Shown one piece after another: positions 28,456 to 38,628 of a stretch of DNA of 60,496 nucleotides. The notes below the pieces were generated by a model. The model was not told the DNA's origin and did no database searches. It saw only the letters and a list, made by a program, of their open reading frames with translations. Source of the DNA: a virus (taxonomy: Duplodnaviria > Caudoviricetes); IMG/VR virus record IMGVR_UViG_3300033146_000395, positions 1 to 60,496 of that record. One strand, 5' to 3'. Numbering within the stretch: the stretch's first letter is position 1; each line of letters begins with the position of its first letter. The position numbers were made by a program, and so were the translations under genes.

Positions 28456-29436
28456 TTACTTTATTACTTTATCCTGACCACGCAAATTCATAAGCAATCG
28501 ACCAGGGTGAATGTTACTGATTCTTATCTTAGCGTTTCTTAGTAAAGCCGACTTGTCTTTCTGGGCTCTTCTAACCACATACTCTTGTACCCCAAACCTG
28601 TTATTCAAGATAGCATATTTAATATAAGCATACACATATTCTTCAAACATCTTGTTAACACCTATCTTACTATCATCAACCAAAGGCTTATACGTGTTGT
28701 CGTCTTGCTCCACATATTGCAGCTCGTACATTCCATCAGAAACATACTCTAGAACAACTGATTTGCCCTGTAGTCCTGAACTAAAGTTTATTACCCCTCC
28801 CTTTTTGTCGATCTTAAATGTAGGGTTTGCATTGGCTGTCTCGGTGTTTAAACCAAACCTAGCTCCAACTGCATATTCAAAATACCAGTTACCATCATAA
28901 CAATAACCCTCTTGTCCATCAAACGGACTATTATCGTTTAGGTATATGCTTGGGGTTTGGTTTGTTATCCTAGAAAGAGTAACCTCTCCAAACTCAGGTT
29001 TAAGCATATCACCCTTTTCGTCAAACAATATTCTGAATTTATTATCCTGAAGATAACCTTCACTGTAATTTACCTGAATATTTTCTGTAAGCGGATAAAG
29101 AACTCCATCTTGAAAGTAAGATATTCTAATCCAGTTCACGTAATCAGGCGGAAGAACAAATCTAAGTCCGTCAGAAACGTCAAGCTGTAATACCTTAACC
29201 TCCTTGAAGGCGTCGTAATTTAACTCCTGTATAGCTCTTTTGGCGTGGAATAAAACTTGGTATCTAGATATGTTGTTAACTAGCTCATGATCTCCTTGAT
29301 ACATAAGCATAAAGTTATTTACCACATCAGGTAAAGACACATACTGATATGACCCCCAGTTCTCATCTTCTGGAGCTGTAAAGTCAGGGTTTACTCCCTG
29401 GTTTTCATAATACTGCCATCCTGATAAATATGCCAT
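28456..29436 (-). CDS. Tail ring/adaptor structural protein
   Basis: WGSYQY, FHAKRAIQELNYD, LP.DYVNW, LEYVSDG; position between capsid and nozzle genes. Confidence 0.65.
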   Translation of the reverse strand: MAYLSGWQYYENQGVNPDFTAPEDENWGSYQYVSLPDVVNNFMLMYQGDHELVNNISRYQVLFHAKRAIQELNYDAFKEVKVLQLDVSDGLRFVLPPDYVNWIRISYFQDGVLYPLTENIQVNYSEGYLQDNKFRILFDEKGDMLKPEFGEVTLSRITNQTPSIYLNDNSPFDGQEGYCYDGNWYFEYAVGARFGLNTETANANPTFKIDKKGGVINFSSGLQGKSVVLEYVSDGMYELQYVEQDDNTYKPLVDDSKIGVNKMFEEYVYAYIKYAILNNRFGVQEYVVRRAQKDKSALLRNAKIRISNIHPGRLLMNLRGQDKVIK

Positions 29437-29442
29437 ATCTTA

Positions 29443-30162
29443 TTATTTTTCTTCTAGTTCTTGCTGATTCTCTTCCGATTGAGCGTATGTAACTATATCT
29501 CCTTCTCGTATAGATATTCCAGCGTACTGTAATATTTTATAGACCAAGTTTATTGAGTCACTAGATGGGAGCTCAAAGTCTTGATAGTCTGATTGGCTTG
29601 GGTCAAACATAGGCTCTCCCCCAGCAAGAGACTGAAAAGTCCACTTTGGAACTTTAGGATATCTTATGTACTGTGCCTTGATAAGGTCCGCAGCATTAAT
29701 TGTTTCTGGATAAATAGTTATCTTATCTCCTTGTAATGTGTATGCCGGGAACGTTAAGTTAGGCGCTGTTAAATTAGAGGAAGACAGATACAAAATCTTT
29801 GATTGAGAAACCCTCTCTACCTCTGTAGTCCCATATATAACTTTGTTTACTAAATAATAAGACCCCTTTGTTGAGTTAGGATCTGTGGGTAGAGTGTACT
29901 TGTTGGCTGTATCATGAGCTAAAGTTTCCAGCATAGAGAAAGAATCAATAACCTCCTCTAAACCTTTCTTGATATCAGCATAACCTGACCCAGATCGTCT
30001 AGCGTTTTCTGAGTTTATTTGGCTATTAAACTGATAGAAATAATCCTCAAATATATCTAACTGAGCTTGCTCCGCAAACAGATTAAAATCTGATGGAGTT
30101 ATATACCCGTAATTATTTTTATTGATTACAGCGAGTACTGTGTTTCGTACCTCATTAATCAT
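29443..30162 (-). CDS. Head-tail connector/ring protein
   Basis: NKNNYGYITPSDFNLFA..AQ, YIRYPK.PKW, DFEL; position. Confidence 0.65.
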   Translation of the reverse strand: MINEVRNTVLAVINKNNYGYITPSDFNLFAEQAQLDIFEDYFYQFNSQINSENARRSGSGYADIKKGLEEVIDSFSMLETLAHDTANKYTLPTDPNSTKGSYYLVNKVIYGTTEVERVSQSKILYLSSSNLTAPNLTFPAYTLQGDKITIYPETINAADLIKAQYIRYPKVPKWTFQSLAGGEPMFDPSQSDYQDFELPSSDSINLVYKILQYAGISIREGDIVTYAQSEENQQELEEK

Positions 30163-30177
30163 CTTCTAACTTTTGTA

Positions 30178-30185
30178 CAAAGATA
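30178..30185 (-). promoter_or_regulatory. Late-type -7 element TATCTTTG(TA)
   Basis: CAAAGATA 16 nt upstream of the 30162 start. Confidence 0.65.
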
Positions 30186-30191
30186 AGAAAT

Positions 30192-30219
30192 AAAAAAAAG
30201 CACTCTAAAAATAGAGTGC
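30192..30219 (-). terminator. Intrinsic terminator
   Basis: On - strand GCACTCTA-TTTT-TAGAGTGC followed by T8. Confidence 0.8.
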
Positions 30220-30244
30220 CTCTTTGGTTGTCTCATTTTTGTTG

Positions 30245-30985
30245 TTAGTCTAAATTCTTTTCTAACAATTTATATGTCTCAATACCATCGTCACTAACAA
30301 GGTAAGATGATACAGTATACATCGGCTCTTCTCCGAATGGAACTGTAAGCATTTTGGTTTTGTTAGACTTTAGATTGAAGTACACATCACGACCCTTGTT
30401 TCTTAAAGAAATAATATTCTGATCAAAACATTTAGCCACCAAGCTGTGTGTTTTAATCATAGGATCATTTACTGCATCTAGAAAATCAGAAGGATATGTC
30501 TTTGCGTAAATAAGGATATCTCTTTTGAGTTCCGCAGAAGTCATATTGTTTACTTTTAAGCCAAGTAAAACACGACCTACGTTTTCCATAGAGCTAATGT
30601 CCATTTCTTTTGCAAGAATCAAAGCGTCTACCTCACTATTGATTTTCTCTAAATCATCTTGAGCATTCTTCTCGTGATCTACTTCTTTGTACACCATTCC
30701 GTTTCCAGGGTGTATTTCTAAAAATCTTTGAAGAACAGGATTGTCAGCACCCACAGTCAAGAATCCATCTTCAAATATGATGGGCTCTAAAACAGCATTG
30801 CCGTCTTGCTCGTCTCGGTAGGGACTCTTTTGATTTTTTGCGTACCTAAGAGGTCTGTTGGATTCGCCATCGAAATGTAGTAATGGTTGTCTGGCTGAAT
30901 CTTTTGAAGGTAAAATATAGCTAAGTGGAGCAGCCTCCCTGTTTAGTCTATACACCTTTGTCTTTAAAACTTTATTTTTTTTCAT
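30245..30985 (-). CDS. Conserved phage protein downstream of the capsid gene
   Basis: LRYAKNQKSP, IIFEDGFL.V, LQRFL..HP.N. Confidence 0.65.
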   Translation of the reverse strand: MKKNKVLKTKVYRLNREAAPLSYILPSKDSARQPLLHFDGESNRPLRYAKNQKSPYRDEQDGNAVLEPIIFEDGFLTVGADNPVLQRFLEIHPGNGMVYKEVDHEKNAQDDLEKINSEVDALILAKEMDISSMENVGRVLLGLKVNNMTSAELKRDILIYAKTYPSDFLDAVNDPMIKTHSLVAKCFDQNIISLRNKGRDVYFNLKSNKTKMLTVPFGEEPMYTVSSYLVSDDGIETYKLLEKNLD

Positions 30986-31014
30986 TTGATTTAATATTAA
31001 AATTTATAAAAATA

Positions 31015-31044
31015 TCTAGAGGGGTGGAGTCCACCCCCCTGATA
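31015..31044 (-). terminator. Hairpin terminator after major capsid gene
   Basis: GGGGTGGA/TCCACCCC inverted repeat followed by ATATTTTT on the - strand. Confidence 0.6.
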
Positions 31045-31059
31045 TTATTTAATTACTTC

Positions 31060-32505
31060 TTATTGTCCAAACAACACAAAGTTGTTAGCACCTAAAGTAC
31101 AAAGCGAACGCTCAGACAGGAAGTGTACTTCCATTGCGTCTAAGCTTGAAGTTCGTGCTCCACCAGCTGAACCAGTGATCCAAGTTTTATATCTTCGATC
31201 TTCAGTTTCGCTAGCTCTATAACGAACGTGCAAGAATGGACGCTTAGCGTTTTTACCTAGGATTTGGTCATAAACAGTAGTTGATCCAGCAGGAACAAGA
31301 ATACCATTTACTTCTCCACCTTGAATGTCTCCACGCATTGTTGGATCGTTCAAGTATTTCCAGTCAGTCTTGTAGAAGTCATATCCTCTACGGAAGCCTG
31401 TAAATCCAAGATTCAAAGCCATATCCACATCGTTGTCAAACAAACCGTAAGATGTACCATTTGTAGTAGACTGAGCAGCACCGTTAAGTTCTGCCAACAT
31501 ATCATCAATAGCAAAGCTCATAGTTCTGTTCAAGAAAATAACGTTTTCTTCAATAGATCCTTGCTTGTCTAATCGCTGGATGATGTCATCAAAATCTCCA
31601 AGAGTTGCCGGAATACCTCCGTATACATTACCACGTTGGTTAACAACATAGAAAAGACCTTCAGAACCAGCTCCTGTTTTAGCAGCATTTTGACCTAGAA
31701 CTGCAGCAGCTCCAGAGTTTTGCTCAGCAGGAACAGCTTCGATCATAGCAGTCTCTAGATAATCTTCAAATCGAAGACGGGTGTCATGCTCTGATTTTAG
31801 ATACCATAGATATCCAGTAGCTCCATCTTCAGATGTAATTTCTACCCATCCGATTTGAGCCATGTCAGAACCTGATACAGCGTACTTGTCTTTAATGATG
31901 ATCGGCTTGTTCTCAAAGATGAAGTCATCAGACTCAATAGAGTTTTCCATGCCTTCTGTTCCTTTTTTGAACTCAGATCCATAAATAAATACTGAACATG
32001 CAGTTGCTTTTGAAGGAGCAGCGCTGTTAGCAGCAAAAGTTTGTCCTCCAGCTTCGTAATAAGCCACGTCAAAAGTTCCAGCTGCATAATCTACAGATGT
32101 AACTACAGCTTTGTTTGAAAGCGTAGAAGCAGCAGTGTTGTCTGAAATCATTACCGTTTGTCCTTTACGGATAGCGATACCACCTGTACCAGGATTTAGT
32201 GCATCATTAACTGTAAAAGTAGCAACGTCATCAGCAGCAGCCGCTGTAGTGGTTACAAATTCGTATTTAGTGTGTAGTCTTCCCTGCTCTGCCCACTTTA
32301 GCAAATCAGAGTTAGTTGGCATCTCTGCGCCAACAAGTCGTAAAAATGAAGCGATGCTTCGGTTTCCGTAACGCTCGAATTCCTTTTCGTAAGTATCAGG
32401 AAGATACTGGTTAAGGAAGTCGAAGTTAGTAATATAGTTCGATTCTAAAGCCACGCGCTCAGCACTTGGCTGCAGATCAAAACCAGGGGTTGCATTTAAA
32501 GCCAT
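31060..32505 (-). CDS. Major capsid protein
   Basis: 481 aa; QYLPD.YEKEFERYGNR, WAEQGRLH, GYLWYLK, LNLGF.GFRRG, FLSERSLC; follows portal and scaffold. Confidence 0.85.
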   Translation of the reverse strand: MALNATPGFDLQPSAERVALESNYITNFDFLNQYLPDTYEKEFERYGNRSIASFLRLVGAEMPTNSDLLKWAEQGRLHTKYEFVTTTAAAADDVATFTVNDALNPGTGGIAIRKGQTVMISDNTAASTLSNKAVVTSVDYAAGTFDVAYYEAGGQTFAANSAAPSKATACSVFIYGSEFKKGTEGMENSIESDDFIFENKPIIIKDKYAVSGSDMAQIGWVEITSEDGATGYLWYLKSEHDTRLRFEDYLETAMIEAVPAEQNSGAAAVLGQNAAKTGAGSEGLFYVVNQRGNVYGGIPATLGDFDDIIQRLDKQGSIEENVIFLNRTMSFAIDDMLAELNGAAQSTTNGTSYGLFDNDVDMALNLGFTGFRRGYDFYKTDWKYLNDPTMRGDIQGGEVNGILVPAGSTTVYDQILGKNAKRPFLHVRYRASETEDRRYKTWITGSAGGARTSSLDAMEVHFLSERSLCTLGANNFVLFGQ

Positions 32506-32524
32506 TTTGTTTTGTTTTTAGTTT

Positions 32525-33640
32525 TTAACTTCTTTTTATACTCTTGATACGCAATCCTCGCCCTGAATCTGGATTCATTGCAGTTACTTTTAATCCGCTC
32601 TTGGGAGCTGACTGTGGAGTTTGTCGCACATCCATATTAATGTTTTTGGATTTTTTAGCGACGTCTTCTACAGCATCAGCCTGACCCTGCTCATAAAAAT
32701 AACGAGCAAACTTGTCTGGATTCATTGCTACAGATAGCGCTCTGTGATATCCTTTTGCGTCTGTCAACAAACCTTCTTCGCTCATGAACTTATTGATAAA
32801 AGTCATAATGTTAGATTGTTTGGACTTCAACTCATTCGCATCTCCAGGAGAAAAACTTAACAAGCGATCATTGATATTGAACTCAAAACCTTTGAACTCA
32901 TCACTGAAAACCTCGCTGGTCTTTTGTAAAAACCACTCAGATTTCTTCTGGGCTTCCGCCTGACTTGATTGCGCATCAGATACATATTTCTTGTAAGCCT
33001 CATAAGCTTCTTTATCAGCTTGAGAAACAGCCACTCCCCCTGACTCAAGAGGCGCTTTATAAGTTTCTTTTAACTCATTAAGATACTTACGAGCTTTAGC
33101 AAGCTCTCTCTTCTTTGCTCTCTGAATTTTTTTAACTTCTTTCTCATCATCAATTTCTTCGTCAAACGAAAACTTATCATTGATTAGATCTTGAATGTCA
33201 CTCGAATCCAAACCTTCTTCAGTTTGTGAGTAGTATTCATGGAGCAAAGACGTGTCGTCCATAGATCCGTAATCCTTATTTAGTTTTACATAATCCTCTA
33301 TGCCACGACCAGTTTCTTTTTTGTATCTAAAATATGCAGATACATCCTCTGGGAGTTCTTCATTTTCTTTTTGTTGAGAAAACAAATCATCTACAGATGT
33401 AAACTCCTTTTGGTATCGGTCTTTAATATATGAAAGAACGTCTTCTTCTTTTAAGCTAGGAGCATCTACCTGCTGAGGTTCTTCAACCACTGGGGTTTCA
33501 ACTTCGGGCTGTTCTACTTTTACCTCTTCGGCAACCTCTTGTTGAGCTTCAGTAGATTCGTGCTTTTCTAGCAATTCTTTTTCAACTTCTTGTGTAGACT
33601 TAGACTGAACTTCGTCTAACGCTTTTACTTTGATTTCCAT
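32525..33640 (-). CDS. Capsid scaffolding protein
   Basis: Acidic E/Q-rich N-terminus, coiled coil, FYEQG.ADA; between portal and capsid genes. Confidence 0.7.
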   Translation of the reverse strand: MEIKVKALDEVQSKSTQEVEKELLEKHESTEAQQEVAEEVKVEQPEVETPVVEEPQQVDAPSLKEEDVLSYIKDRYQKEFTSVDDLFSQQKENEELPEDVSAYFRYKKETGRGIEDYVKLNKDYGSMDDTSLLHEYYSQTEEGLDSSDIQDLINDKFSFDEEIDDEKEVKKIQRAKKRELAKARKYLNELKETYKAPLESGGVAVSQADKEAYEAYKKYVSDAQSSQAEAQKKSEWFLQKTSEVFSDEFKGFEFNINDRLLSFSPGDANELKSKQSNIMTFINKFMSEEGLLTDAKGYHRALSVAMNPDKFARYFYEQGQADAVEDVAKKSKNINMDVRQTPQSAPKSGLKVTAMNPDSGRGLRIKSIKRS

Positions 33641-33655
33641 TTGATTTTATTTTTG

Positions 33656-33663
33656 CAAAGTTA
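33656..33663 (-). promoter_or_regulatory. -7 element TAACTTTG for scaffold/capsid genes
   Basis: CAAAGTTA on the + strand in the intergenic gap. Confidence 0.6.
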
Positions 33664-33690
33664 TTAAATTATATATTCTTAAAATTAAGC

Positions 33691-36126
33691 CTATCTCGGT
33701 TCAAACTCAGCCAAATCAAAACCATCCAATGTGTCTTCATTTGACTCAAAATTTATTGGAGGTAGATTGTTTTTTCGCTGAGTGATGAGCTGAGACTGCT
33801 CTGAATTTTGTTGGCTAATCCTTTCGGCTTTACCCTTTTCTCTATCTTGCTCTCTTTTGTTTATAGAAACCTCCTCCATACCACGCAACTGTACGTTGTA
33901 CTGGAACTCCCTATCCATCAATTGAGATTTAAGAAGAGCCTCATTTTTCATCTTCTCTATTTCAAAAGCTACTTCGGCTTGCTTAGCCTGCATTTTCATT
34001 TGACCTTCGAGTTGAATCTTTTGTAGCGCAGCCTGATTAGCAGCCTGTTGAGTTTGCATGTTTGCTTGCGCTTGAGCTTGTTGCATTTGAAGTTTCATTT
34101 GCTGATCCTTCTCTTGCTTTTGAATTCTCTTGACTTTTAACAACTGGTTGGCCATCTTAATATTCTTGACCTCCCGTATATCAATAGCATCTTCAAGGTT
34201 TATGTCACCCTTAGATAGAGCCATCTGTATGTTTTGTTCCAGCACTGCCTTTTGCTCTTCATCAGGAGAAACTTCTATGAAAACTCCAAAGTCATACAAA
34301 TAAAGATCTTTTATTTGTTCGAGCACAGAAACATTGTACTTACCTATTTGCATAGCAAACTCTTCCTTGAAGTCTGAATACTTTAGAATATCAGCCACAC
34401 GACAAGACATAGCTTCAGCTAGAGTTCGAGTTATGAATAAGCTTCCGTCAAGCACGTGTCTTGTTGCTGTATTGGAGTTAAGTGCAGCTAACTTTTGTAA
34501 GCCGACTAAAGAATCTGGATCTGGCATAGTGCCGTCTCTAGCTTCATTAAGTCCTGTCACAGCTCTAAGCATACCTAAATAGTGATTATAGTTAGCTATA
34601 AGAGCAGACATCTTAGATTGACTGGTGTTTCCTGTGAGAGGCTGAATCGGAACTCTGGCGTTGTTAAACTCTCCGTCTTGAGTGTAGCTTCTACCTACAA
34701 CACTACCCGTTTGGAAATAAAGCCTTAGGGCGTCTTCTGGATTGTAGGCTGCACCATTACCTAAGTCAACCTCGTTTAGTCCATCTGCGTCTATATAAAC
34801 ACCATCAGGGACCATCCTGTTTACTACTTGCTGAAGCTTTAAGTGAGTGATTTGAATAAGATCTGCAAATGGTATCATTCTTCTAACCAATGACTCTATT
34901 ACTCCCTTATACATTCTAGGAGCTACTGCCACATAATTAGACATAGCGTGCTGAGAAGCTGACTGTGGACGAACCATGTTCTCGGCCATCTCCCACTTGA
35001 GCATGATGTTAGTACCCATAACCATAACGCCTTCGTACCAAACATCAATGGTCTTTTCTATTCTTTCAAACTTACCTTCATCCATCATCTCTTGTGGTGG
35101 ATTGAACTGATCGTCTTTCTCAATTACACGAGATCCTCCTGAATCAAGAATCTTTTTCTTGTAAACAAACTTGTTGGTTGTCTTGTAATTAAAATAAAGA
35201 AGCGTAGCTGTATCTTTACTGAACATGCTGTTCTCATAAAACTGAGACGTGTTCCAGTAGTCATACCAAGATTGGCTGTACTGAGATATTTTTTCTAAGT
35301 CTGAGTTAGTTAAAGAGGGGTCTATCTTTAATAGTTCTGTAATTGGTACAGTTTTTATTTCGCCCCAGTAGAAGCAATCCTTAAAGTACGGATCTTCTGT
35401 ATAGCTATAAACCACATTAGCTGGATCAACGTAACTTACTTTAACACCAGCTCCAGCCAAAAACTCATGCTTAGCTATACCAACACCTAAAACAGTTAAA
35501 TCGTAATCAACTCTCTTTCTGATATCTTCATAGTGGTTCTCAGCAAATACAGTATTGATAGCCTCTTCTTCTGCAATCTCTATGCCTGGCTTATAGTTTA
35601 GCTGCATGTATAGGTTGAGTTCTTCGTCAGAAGAGGGAAGGTCTTCAGGATCTCCAGCAAAAGGATTTACTTGGAAGTCAGACTGAATCTGAGTGAACAA
35701 ATCTTTTGACACCATTTGTGCCTCTATGTCCTCTTGGAATTTATTTCTTTTCTCAGCAGACAATGCGTCTTGAGCGTATGCCTTTACAGAAAATAATCTG
35801 TCAGACATTCCGTTGACAACTATGTCTACAAACTTAGGCATAATCGGAACTGGAGTCCAATCTAGATTTAGATAAGACAAGTCCCCGTCAACAGCTAATT
35901 CATTTTTGTATTTACCTATTGGTTGTTCACCCCTTGCGTAAAGTCTACGCTTCCAGAATTCAGAGTATTGGTCAAAGTATCTACAAGTAGAACCTTGTTT
36001 TCTAAACCATTCGTATTGAATAGCCTGACCTATCTGCAAACCATACTCACTTTTCTTTTTGTCTGAATCAGAGACAAATTGCGTAGGAAAGTAAACAGAC
36101 GAAATATTGATTTTTACTTCTTCCAT
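33691..36126 (-). CDS. Portal protein
   Basis: 811 aa; RLYARGEQ, LDWTPVPI.PKFVDIVVNG, TGLNEARDG, Q-rich C-terminal barrel; directly after the terminase. Confidence 0.85.
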   Translation of the reverse strand: MEEVKINISSVYFPTQFVSDSDKKKSEYGLQIGQAIQYEWFRKQGSTCRYFDQYSEFWKRRLYARGEQPIGKYKNELAVDGDLSYLNLDWTPVPIMPKFVDIVVNGMSDRLFSVKAYAQDALSAEKRNKFQEDIEAQMVSKDLFTQIQSDFQVNPFAGDPEDLPSSDEELNLYMQLNYKPGIEIAEEEAINTVFAENHYEDIRKRVDYDLTVLGVGIAKHEFLAGAGVKVSYVDPANVVYSYTEDPYFKDCFYWGEIKTVPITELLKIDPSLTNSDLEKISQYSQSWYDYWNTSQFYENSMFSKDTATLLYFNYKTTNKFVYKKKILDSGGSRVIEKDDQFNPPQEMMDEGKFERIEKTIDVWYEGVMVMGTNIMLKWEMAENMVRPQSASQHAMSNYVAVAPRMYKGVIESLVRRMIPFADLIQITHLKLQQVVNRMVPDGVYIDADGLNEVDLGNGAAYNPEDALRLYFQTGSVVGRSYTQDGEFNNARVPIQPLTGNTSQSKMSALIANYNHYLGMLRAVTGLNEARDGTMPDPDSLVGLQKLAALNSNTATRHVLDGSLFITRTLAEAMSCRVADILKYSDFKEEFAMQIGKYNVSVLEQIKDLYLYDFGVFIEVSPDEEQKAVLEQNIQMALSKGDINLEDAIDIREVKNIKMANQLLKVKRIQKQEKDQQMKLQMQQAQAQANMQTQQAANQAALQKIQLEGQMKMQAKQAEVAFEIEKMKNEALLKSQLMDREFQYNVQLRGMEEVSINKREQDREKGKAERISQQNSEQSQLITQRKNNLPPINFESNEDTLDGFDLAEFEPR

Positions 36127-38372
36127 TAATTTAAAAGTTCACTCAAAGTTCCCTTGTTACTGTACTTTGCAAAGTTAATCTTTATTTTTGATTCTTTTTT
36201 TTGCGGTAAGTACACATGCTTCTGGTTTGCCATGATAGCTAATCCAGAACTTATTGTAGCATCAAACTTTGTTCGGTTATTAATATTGAATCTAGCCCAG
36301 TCGGCTAGTGTTTTGTTAAAGTACATAGATCCCATTGAATCTGACTCCCTGTATGTCCCCTCAAAATCCAGTCCAACATACTGCTCAATGTAACTTTCGA
36401 TAGCTGTGGCGTGAGCTTGCTTGACCGCTTCACTGGTGTTGGGTATTCCTCCTAATTCTTTTTCTGCTGTAGATAACTTGTGTTTATGTTTATCTGGTCT
36501 ATTCATAGAGAACATCCTATATCCCCTGTTCTTTAAATGGTAAAGAAGTCTAGGCTTGTTGTTTTCTGCAAGTACAGGCATTCCATAAAAGACCAAAGCC
36601 ATTAATACATCTTCAAAGAATATCTCTGCTGTTTGTGGTCTTGCTATATATTCTAAGAAAAACTCGTTACTAGGAGCTCCGGTCATATTAAACTTTGTCA
36701 ACCCGTGCAGAGCTCCGTTAGACCCTATCCCTCCTACAGTTCCGGATATATCATAAGAGTCACAACCAAAGCTGCCAACATGCTCATTTCCAGGTAGCTT
36801 CCTTCCGTTTTTATTCAGAACATTGTTTTGCATATGCTTGGGCGGCAACCAAGAAATCAGAAACCTTCCTCTTTCATCTGGAGTCCATACAACTTCTGAA
36901 TCTTTTACCCCACCTCTCCAGTGAAAACTTCCTTTGGTTAGAAAGTGAGATTTAATAAGGGTGTCATTGTAGTCTATTTGTTGGTATATCTTTGTTAAGT
37001 TGAAAAGAGACTCTTTCGTTTCATCTCTAAACGCATGAGCTTCAGTCCTAGGAAACTGTCTATAAAATTCATTTAACGCATCTGGATCATTCTTCAAAGA
37101 CTCAACCTCATTCTCCCAATAATCTACAGCCCCTTGGTGTATTGGATCTCCATAGGTATCTACTGTTGATGAGCTTGGTTTTGTAAGTACAGGCATTCCA
37201 AACTTATCTATGAACCCCTCCATGTTCCACTCCATTGGAATGAACAAACTATACATTCCGCTTTTTGTCTGGCCATTAGAGTTTCTTGTTGCGATATTCG
37301 AATCATAATATAGCTTCTTGAAGTTATCACCTCCCTTGTCCAATGCATTAGAGGTAGATCCCATCATACATTTTCCTATAATTTTACTACCGAGCCTAAG
37401 ACACGTTTTTGTTACCCTCCAGTTGTTAAGTATGTTGTTGGGTCTTAGCCATTTACCACTCTCATCATGAACTAACAATAAAAGTTTTTCACCATCATAA
37501 CTGTTGTCATCAGTATTCTTCCAGTCTATTGTGGTATCAAGTCCATCAAGATCAGTATCATCTTGAGTGTACATATTCTTTTTTGTGATCTTAGAAGCGG
37601 GAACTCTATATGCTAATTCAGTTTTAGGTTTGTCCATACCATCCTGTATGGGTTTAAAAAAGAATGGGTAGTTGCTTGATATGGGCACTACTTTATCTGT
37701 GAACATTTTCTTAGCATCAGCACCCGTTTTAGACAGTATACCTACCCTTGCGTCTTTGGCTAATGTAGCTGTACTCACACAAGAGCTAGACCCCATGTAT
37801 GAAAACCCGGATCGTCTTATCTTTAAATATATAAGCCCGAAGCATCTTGAGTCTGCCTTACAGGCTTCCCAAAATATAAAGAACAATCTATTGGCTTCTC
37901 TAAACTCAGGATATCCTACATCTATTTTGCTCCATTGCAAATACATATAGTGATCTCCAGTTATGTATGTTGGCTCTCCATTGTTATAGAACCAATAACC
38001 AAACTCTCTTTTATCAAACTCAGATTCTATGTAGTCAACCCACTTTGATTTAAAGGCGGAGGGTGCTTGATTCCAGTGAAATATTGTTTGGATCCTGCTT
38101 AACTCTGTGGGGTATTCGTATCTTTCCCAATATTGATCTGATTTCTTTTTAGATCTTTTAAATCCTGTATCATCGTACTTGGGTAGAGCAATATTTAATC
38201 CAGACACGTGCAACACAGATCCAATCTGACCTGTCTTGGATATTACAACTATATCATACTTAGGATCATAACCATACTTCCAAGTTTTATTCTTATTCTT
38301 TTTAGAAAGAACAGACTTTGGTATCAGGTCAAATACTTCGTGGGCTATACTATTTTGATCTTCTTTCTGCAA
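36126..38372 (-). CDS. terL: Terminase large subunit
   Basis: KIRRSGFS Walker A variant, LLVHDESGKW Walker B, GSTSN, nuclease motifs GCDSYD, ENNKP and FDATISSG; TTG start overlapping the upstream gene. Confidence 0.9.
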   Translation of the reverse strand: MQKEDQNSIAHEVFDLIPKSVLSKKNKNKTWKYGYDPKYDIVVISKTGQIGSVLHVSGLNIALPKYDDTGFKRSKKKSDQYWERYEYPTELSRIQTIFHWNQAPSAFKSKWVDYIESEFDKREFGYWFYNNGEPTYITGDHYMYLQWSKIDVGYPEFREANRLFFIFWEACKADSRCFGLIYLKIRRSGFSYMGSSSCVSTATLAKDARVGILSKTGADAKKMFTDKVVPISSNYPFFFKPIQDGMDKPKTELAYRVPASKITKKNMYTQDDTDLDGLDTTIDWKNTDDNSYDGEKLLLLVHDESGKWLRPNNILNNWRVTKTCLRLGSKIIGKCMMGSTSNALDKGGDNFKKLYYDSNIATRNSNGQTKSGMYSLFIPMEWNMEGFIDKFGMPVLTKPSSSTVDTYGDPIHQGAVDYWENEVESLKNDPDALNEFYRQFPRTEAHAFRDETKESLFNLTKIYQQIDYNDTLIKSHFLTKGSFHWRGGVKDSEVVWTPDERGRFLISWLPPKHMQNNVLNKNGRKLPGNEHVGSFGCDSYDISGTVGGIGSNGALHGLTKFNMTGAPSNEFFLEYIARPQTAEIFFEDVLMALVFYGMPVLAENNKPRLLYHLKNRGYRMFSMNRPDKHKHKLSTAEKELGGIPNTSEAVKQAHATAIESYIEQYVGLDFEGTYRESDSMGSMYFNKTLADWARFNINNRTKFDATISSGLAIMANQKHVYLPQKKESKIKINFAKYSNKGTLSELLN
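36170..36177 (-). promoter_or_regulatory. -7 element TAACTTTG inside the terL 3' end, upstream of portal
   Basis: CAAAGTTA 44 nt upstream of the portal ATG. Confidence 0.45.
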
Positions 38373-38628
38373 AACCTCGGGTTGTGTTTAAACTTGTGTC
38401 TGTTTCTCCCATGCTGTCTTTCTCTCCCTCGATTCTAGATAGTATTTCAAATGCATCTAATATAGCAAGCTTCTTTGTTGCTGCGGCATTCTTGAGCCTA
38501 TCTGCAGCTAACTCATCCTCTGGATCTGGTTTGATAACTTCTTCCTTGGCTATCTTAATTAGTTGTCTTACCGCTATATATCCAGCTGATATTATATCTT
38601 CTCTTATTTTTTTAGACTTATCTTCCAT
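38350..38628 (-). CDS. Putative terminase small subunit
   Basis: Helical protein (DRLKNAAATKKLAI.DAFEIL) immediately upstream of terL; start at 38628 or 38643. Confidence 0.55.
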   Translation of the reverse strand: MEDKSKKIREDIISAGYIAVRQLIKIAKEEVIKPDPEDELAADRLKNAAATKKLAILDAFEILSRIEGEKDSMGETDTSLNTTRGFAERRSK

